From NCBI GenBank assembly GCA_963772705.1, contig CAVYYH010000005.1, positions 290,428-354,427 on the forward strand: DNA of 64,000 bases. Reading direction: 5' to 3'. Origin of the DNA: an uncultured Bacteroidales bacterium. GTDB lineage: Bacteria > Bacteroidota > Bacteroidia > Bacteroidales > VadinHA17. The notes under the pieces are model-generated. The model was not told where the DNA came from. It saw nothing but the letters and a program-made list of their open reading frames with translations, and did no database searches. Shown here one piece after another: positions 59,328 through 64,000 of the stretch. A program made the translations under genes and the position numbers. The first letter of the stretch is position 1. Each line of letters opens with the position of its first letter.

Positions 59328-60830
59328 TCAATGAACATGCCCTGAGTGTGCATCCAGTGTGCCGGTCGCCTGAGCAAGCCTGATCAGTATTGCTCCTTTT
59401 GTTACGACACGCTCATCTGCTGTTATGCCCTGTACAATTTCGGTTTTGATGCCATCAGTGGCGCCGGTTTTTATTTCCCGCTTTTCAAACAACTCAGGAG
59501 TGACCTGCACAAACAGGAAATAGTTTCCCTGCTCTTCAATGATGGCACTGTTTGGTAAAGTAAGCGCCTCTGAGTTTGTTACTGTCATCAGATATAACTC
59601 TACAAAACTGCCCGGAACAAAGCTGCCGTTATTGATTATCTGGAGGCTGACAGGTATTAAATAACTGTCACCGGTAGCCGACTTGCCAAAAGACAATACC
59701 TTACCGTTCAATTCTTCAAGCGAGTATGTCTTTCCTTCACCGGTATTTCTGACAGTGGCAGTTGAAATGGCTTCGAGATAGGGGAGGTATTTCTGCTGAA
59801 CTTCAGCCCGAAGAACAAGAGTTTTGTTTTGTGAAACCATTACAAGTGGCTGACCAACCTCAACATATTGTCCGTTTGTTACAAACAGCTTCTTGATGAA
59901 ACCTGTCACAGGACTTGTTACAGACTGTCCTGAAGCGTTAAAATTCTCTCTGAGGTTATCATATACAGATTTGGTGTTTTCATACTGATTTCTGGCTTGC
60001 AGCAATTCTTTCTCTGACACTATTTTGTCTTCAGCCAGCACCGTTGCTCTGTCATAATCCGCCTTTGCCTTCTCATAATTGTTCTTTGCTTCAGAGTAGC
60101 GAACAGCTGAATTATTATCAGCAAGCCCGCTGCCGGTAATCGTAAACAGTACCTGACTGTTTGTTACGCCATTACCTTCCAAAATGCTGTTTCCGGTCAT
60201 AGAAACAATACCGGTAGCTTTTGCTGTTACCAGTATCTCGTCAGCCTGGGCCGACTGAACCTGTGCAGTTGTTTTTATTACATGGCCGAATGGTTCCCTG
60301 GCGGGTTTATCAGTGGAGAATTCTATTTTCCACGATTGCTCTTTTGTAAAAACGACTGTATTGGTTTTTGACAATGCTGTCTTCCCGGCCGCTTCGGCTG
60401 CTTCCTGCAGAGAGCTAAATACCGTAATTTCAGGTACAGTTATCTTAAAATCGCCCTTTTCAGTTGTAATGACATATTCTAAGATGCCCCTGCCCTGGAC
60501 CCGTGGCTGTATGTCAAAACTATATATTCCCTTTCTGACAGGACTGTCAAGGGTCTGTTCAGTTGTTTGACCGTCAACAGTAATTTTCAATGTAACTGAA
60601 CCTTTCTCCAGAGCAGTAAAATCAGGCAGGTTGGAGAAATGAGACAGGATATTTGCAGTGTCCCCGACAATAAAAGGGTCAGCTTCGGCAAAGAGTTCAA
60701 ACTCATTGCTGTAGGCAGTATATTGAAACTTTACTTCTTCCTGTTCAGACTGATCGGCAGTTTCGTGATTGTGGTTGCAACCTGCCAGAATAATAGCTAT
60801 TGTTGCCCCAAATATTATCTTAAAATACAT
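59328..60830 (-). CDS. RND efflux periplasmic adaptor (MFP) with extra N-terminal beta-rich domain and His-rich C-terminus
   Basis: Lipoprotein-like start MYFKIIFGATIAIILAGC at 60830. The ~170-aa N-terminal extension precedes the HlyD-like core. The C-terminal tail is LDAHSGHVH. Confidence 0.8.
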   Translation of the reverse strand: MYFKIIFGATIAIILAGCNHNHETADQSEQEEVKFQYTAYSNEFELFAEADPFIVGDTANILSHFSNLPDFTALEKGSVTLKITVDGQTTEQTLDSPVRKGIYSFDIQPRVQGRGILEYVITTEKGDFKITVPEITVFSSLQEAAEAAGKTALSKTNTVVFTKEQSWKIEFSTDKPAREPFGHVIKTTAQVQSAQADEILVTAKATGIVSMTGNSILEGNGVTNSQVLFTITGSGLADNNSAVRYSEAKNNYEKAKADYDRATVLAEDKIVSEKELLQARNQYENTKSVYDNLRENFNASGQSVTSPVTGFIKKLFVTNGQYVEVGQPLVMVSQNKTLVLRAEVQQKYLPYLEAISTATVRNTGEGKTYSLEELNGKVLSFGKSATGDSYLIPVSLQIINNGSFVPGSFVELYLMTVTNSEALTLPNSAIIEEQGNYFLFVQVTPELFEKREIKTGATDGIKTEIVQGITADERVVTKGAILIRLAQATGTLDAHSGHVH

Positions 60831-60929
60831 TGCGATGTCATTTAAATATTTAGTAATGAAAGAGATAAATAACTGCACTTATAACATCATTACCTGATGC
60901 AAATACAGTGATAATGGGAAACTAAAAAC

Positions 60930-61367
60930 TTAAACGACTGGCGGGGCACGCAATCCAAGCGATGTGGATGCGTAAAGGGTATATGATGAATTTATGTTAA
61001 GCGCATTAATAAAGCGCCGGGAAACAGGAATCAACCCTTTTTCTCCAGTAACCGGCAATCCATAAAGAAAAGCATAATAATCATGCAGGTAATTGTACCC
61101 GGTGGTGAATTTAATTTCCTGATTCCATTCATTGGACGGAACTGCTATAAGCTCCTTTAAAATACAGTTATCCGGGTTATTTTCACCATCGTGATGGTGC
61201 GGTTGTTCTCCTCCGCCCTTTTGTATGTCTGAGTCATGGCTGCATTCGCAGTGCGATCTTACCAGGCAAACCTGCTTGCCATGATGATGATGTGGTACAA
61301 CAGCATGGGCCAATAAAAGCATGTTGGCGATCAGAATGAAAAAGAATGCTGCTGTTTTCCTGATCAT
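60930..61367 (-). CDS. small secreted His/Cys-rich protein (putative metal-binding)
   Basis: 145 aa. A signal or anchor segment is followed by HAVVPHHHHGKQVCLVRSHCECSHDSD...EQPHHHDGENNPDNC. It lies directly upstream of the adaptor gene. Confidence 0.55.
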   Translation of the reverse strand: MIRKTAAFFFILIANMLLLAHAVVPHHHHGKQVCLVRSHCECSHDSDIQKGGGEQPHHHDGENNPDNCILKELIAVPSNEWNQEIKFTTGYNYLHDYYAFLYGLPVTGEKGLIPVSRRFINALNINSSYTLYASTSLGLRAPPVV

Positions 61368-61544
61368 CTCCTGGTTAATTCAATGCAATATTAACGAAAA
61401 AGATGATCTATTGTTCGGCTCATTGTAAATCCATAACATACTTATCTGAGACATTTCTGATGCCATTGATGGAACGTAGGGATGAAAGCCGGAGCACACA
61501 GGCTGATTCTAATTTAAGAAAAAGATTACCCTGAATTTCGGAAG

Positions 61545-62108
61545 TTACATCAAGCCCGGAAATTCAATTCCATATTTTGAAGCGGTCTCGACAATTCTTT
61601 TAACATCAGGAGGGCCCTGAGGACGAGGGGGAATAACCAAATCCCTGGCGGGCTCACTCATCTCCCTGAAATAATCTTCAAATCCTCCGGGAGAAAGATG
61701 CATCAATACTTCAGCCGTTTCAGTTTGTACCTGAAATGAGTGCCGGATCATTCTTGGAAGAAATATCCAGTCGCCTTTCTTTGCCTTAAAAACCTCATCA
61801 CCTACAGCATAGTTAATTTCACCACTCAGCAGGTAAAAGGATTCATCCTCTTTTGTATGAATATGGGGTGGTGGTTCAAGGCCTTTAATTTCATATCCAT
61901 GAATCAGAGAAAATGATCCATTGGTATCCTTACTGGAAATAAGAATACTCATTAAATGACCGATGTACCAATAGGAATTTTCAAGATCGGGTCCAATCAT
62001 TTTGGGCAGGATCTTGCCTGGTTCAGAGGTTTTAAGAAGAGTAATTCCATGAGCAAAGGGAATAATACCGGTTGCTGAAAGTCCTAATAAAAATGCTTTT
62101 CTGTTCAT
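61545..62108 (-). CDS. secreted cupin-domain protein
   Basis: 187 aa. The leader is MNRKAFLLGLSATGIIPFAHG. Cupin motifs are present: PPPHIHTKEDESFYLLSGE and GDWIFLPRMIRHSF. Confidence 0.7.
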   Translation of the reverse strand: MNRKAFLLGLSATGIIPFAHGITLLKTSEPGKILPKMIGPDLENSYWYIGHLMSILISSKDTNGSFSLIHGYEIKGLEPPPHIHTKEDESFYLLSGEINYAVGDEVFKAKKGDWIFLPRMIRHSFQVQTETAEVLMHLSPGGFEDYFREMSEPARDLVIPPRPQGPPDVKRIVETASKYGIEFPGLM

Positions 62109-62292
62109 GACTGGTATTTTTTAGATTATTTCCTTTAAAAAGAAACAAATTGGAAGCCAATATGTTTGGCAGAAGGCTAATCCGTTCAAGCGCCTTCGGG
62201 GCGCTATACTGAAAATGGCCAGGGGGAGGTCAGGCTGAGCGTTTGGTGAATCTCAGCGGGATTTTGAATCAGGCATTTTTTCTCAGAAAGCA

Positions 62293-62565
62293 TTAGGATT
62301 TCTCTGCGGGAACAGCCTTAAGAATGGATATCATCATCACCATATAGAAAAAGGATGACACTATTGCGGGAAACATCCAGTAATAATCTCTGGGGAAACG
62401 GCTTATTATCTCATGATAAGGGTATTTAAAACAATCTCCGGTGCAGAAAGGACCTGACAGGGGAGGTGTCCAGACAGCAATGCCTAACGTGATGACTGTA
62501 ATTACAGCTGTAATGATTGAAACATAATAACCAAAGCGCGATGTATTTATGCCTGTTTTGCCCAC
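62293..62565 (-). CDS. small membrane protein (possibly an N-terminal fragment)
   Basis: 90 aa with 2-3 hydrophobic helices. It sits directly downstream of paralog B. Confidence 0.4.
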   Translation of the reverse strand: MGKTGINTSRFGYYVSIITAVITVITLGIAVWTPPLSGPFCTGDCFKYPYHEIISRFPRDYYWMFPAIVSSFFYMVMMISILKAVPAEKS

Positions 62566-62590
62566 ATCGTTGATATTAAGCTTTACTTAT

Positions 62591-62995
62591 TCAATTGCTA
62601 CTGCCATTGGTTGACCTGATAATTTTCCAGCCCAGGAAAGTATTGATCAGCCCGATGATCAGAAAAACAGGCTGAAGGATACTCATCAGGGAAATCCATG
62701 CTACCTGTATGATTATCCACGAACTGAGTATTATCCCAATTATCAATCCTGGGTGACCTGCATATTTATTCCGTGTATATGACAGAAAGGCACCTGTTCC
62801 ATTTGCAATGCCATAGACAAGGTGCAGAAACAATCACGGCAGGAGGAATGATTTCAGCGGTGAATTGGCGAGCAACTCGGTGGAGACACCCATCGCGGCA
62901 CCAGAGGTGTCCATAAGGTATCCTATTCCTGCATGGATAGCTCCTATTGCTGTGACAGCCTGAAGAGAACCGAGGGTAAAATAGATTTTTTTCAT
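62591..62995 (-). pseudogene. paralog B of the 129-aa membrane protein, with in-frame TGA
   Basis: ATG at 62995 gives MKKIYFTLGSLQAVTAIGAIHAGIGYLMD...SFLLP. TGA follows at 62834-62836, where paralog A has GGA (Gly). The text then continues in frame as LFLHLVYGIANGTGAFLSYTRNKYAG... Confidence 0.7.
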
Positions 62996-63120
62996 ATGTT
63001 GTATTTATTATTACTGATCACTTCTCTCCGGTGAATAATTCCAGATTGACGGCCGGTGCTCATCGGACAAAATATTAAATGATGAAGAAATAGTATTGGA
63101 CATTCGTAACCGGCAGATTA

Positions 63121-63618
63121 TCATTCTTCGGGATCCTCTTCAAAACCACGAAATGGTATATCATCGTCGGGTTCCTTGTCGAAGGGTCCAACACCCGGAG
63201 GATTAAAAAGTCCCCACCGGTCAATAATATAATCCCATTTATCAAATCCTGCCACCCAGTCAATGAAAAGCAACCGGTATTCTTCAATAAGGTCTCTTAC
63301 AATCTGAAAATAATCAACATATTCAAAACCAAACATATCGAGTGAATGCTGCTGGACCATCAGGTCGCGTGCTGCTTTACGTATTATGGCAGCATTTTCC
63401 ATTTTAAGGTCATACAACCCTGCTGCCTCAGCGCCGGCGACTTTTACAGTAAGTAGTGCAGCATCACTTAACATACAGGATTTAACTTCCATAAGGTATT
63501 CATTGTTCTCAGGGATAAGATCAGTAATTTTAATTACAATATCAAAGATCTCTTTTCCTTTCTGATAAATAGGAAGTTTTTCCGGTTGTAGGATATCATC
63601 TTCGTCATCTGAATTCAT
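63121..63618 (-). CDS. hypothetical acidic helical protein
   Basis: 165-aa ORF with acidic termini (MNSDDEDD... and ...EEDPEE) and a predicted helical core. No family is recognised with confidence. Confidence 0.4.
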   Translation of the reverse strand: MNSDDEDDILQPEKLPIYQKGKEIFDIVIKITDLIPENNEYLMEVKSCMLSDAALLTVKVAGAEAAGLYDLKMENAAIIRKAARDLMVQQHSLDMFGFEYVDYFQIVRDLIEEYRLLFIDWVAGFDKWDYIIDRWGLFNPPGVGPFDKEPDDDIPFRGFEEDPEE

Positions 63619-64000
63619 TTCCTTTATTGTATTATGTTAATCAGACAGATATATGGCTAATTTAGAAAAATGGTTGAGTAATTATATAATGGAATACTAA
63701 CAAAATAAAAGAGGCGGTACTATCTGAATTGTCTTGCTGTATTTCCTCGAGCCAAAAGGATAGAAGTACTGAAAGCTTCCCCAAAAACAGCATCAAACAT
63801 AATTAGTTGATTATTAAGAAGTAGCTATAGTGTTGATAACTAATGAGCTGTAGAAGAAGTATGATCAACAATGTTTTCCTTGAGGGATAAACTGACGCAC
63901 AAATCATGCAGAAGAGAGGCCACAATAATCTTAGGACCATAAAGAAATATTCAAATTTTGCTAATGATGAATTGTTGAAGAAAAACCTGGATCAGAAACT

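Noticed and set aside
62109-62292. SRP/4.5S-like RNA because of CCAGG...GGTCAGG text
   Set aside because: The conserved domain IV features (GGAA-type tetraloop, symmetric loop) are not present. The resemblance is only a few nucleotides.
62834-62836. In-frame TGA at a conserved Gly codon as evidence of UGA=Gly recoding (code 25) or selenocysteine
   Set aside because: TGA clearly terminates well-conserved genes here (xylA 3808-3810, prfA 19244-19246, pyrF, FkbM). No SECIS-like hairpin follows. The gene is a membrane protein, and the organism is Bacteroidota-like. A simple nonsense mutation is the economical reading.
54578-62995. The direct repeats as IS elements or a composite transposon
   Set aside because: The repeats are coding sequences of a small membrane protein. 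They have no terminal inverted repeats, and no transposase or integrase lies anywhere in the window.

Overview
About 64 kb of a Bacteroidota chromosome, probably from an anaerobe. The phylum call rests on TAnnTTTG -7 promoter boxes upstream of many genes, type III glutamine synthetase, DUF2851, GH92 and a PorE-like OmpA protein. The window opens with the last ~76 nt of a 5S rRNA and its terminator. Most of it is core metabolism and housekeeping: xylB-xylA, an OlsF-like bifunctional acyltransferase, ppiD, a two-gene NAD-type formate dehydrogenase, glnN, purM, prfA-pyrF, rpsO-pnp, a deoxynucleoside kinase, sucC, priA, an MsbA-like ABC exporter, a LysM protein and an MMPL/LolA-like pair. Two stretches look more AT-rich and accessory. 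One is a minus-strand operon of secreted or outer-membrane proteins at 20.1-25.6 kb. The other is a CusA/CzcA-type metal efflux island at 54.4-63 kb, bracketed by ~400-bp direct repeats of a paralogous membrane-protein gene, one copy carrying a GGA->TGA nonsense change. The best candidate for undescribed biology is a four-gene operon at 39.25-44.8 kb. It encodes a glycyl radical enzyme of the Cys-x-Glu 1,2-eliminase type, its activase, a HOGA1-like DHDPS-fold aldolase and an AGXT-like class V aminotransferase, behind an unusually long leader. I know of no characterised GRE locus with this gene combination; substrate ideas are inference only. At least 15 reading-frame breaks occur across the window, including in pnp, czcA and the MMPL gene. 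Nearly all those I resolved by eye are repaired by deleting one base from a 2-3 nt homopolymer, which points to sequencing or assembly error more than real decay. No CRISPR array, tRNA, transposase or integrase was seen.
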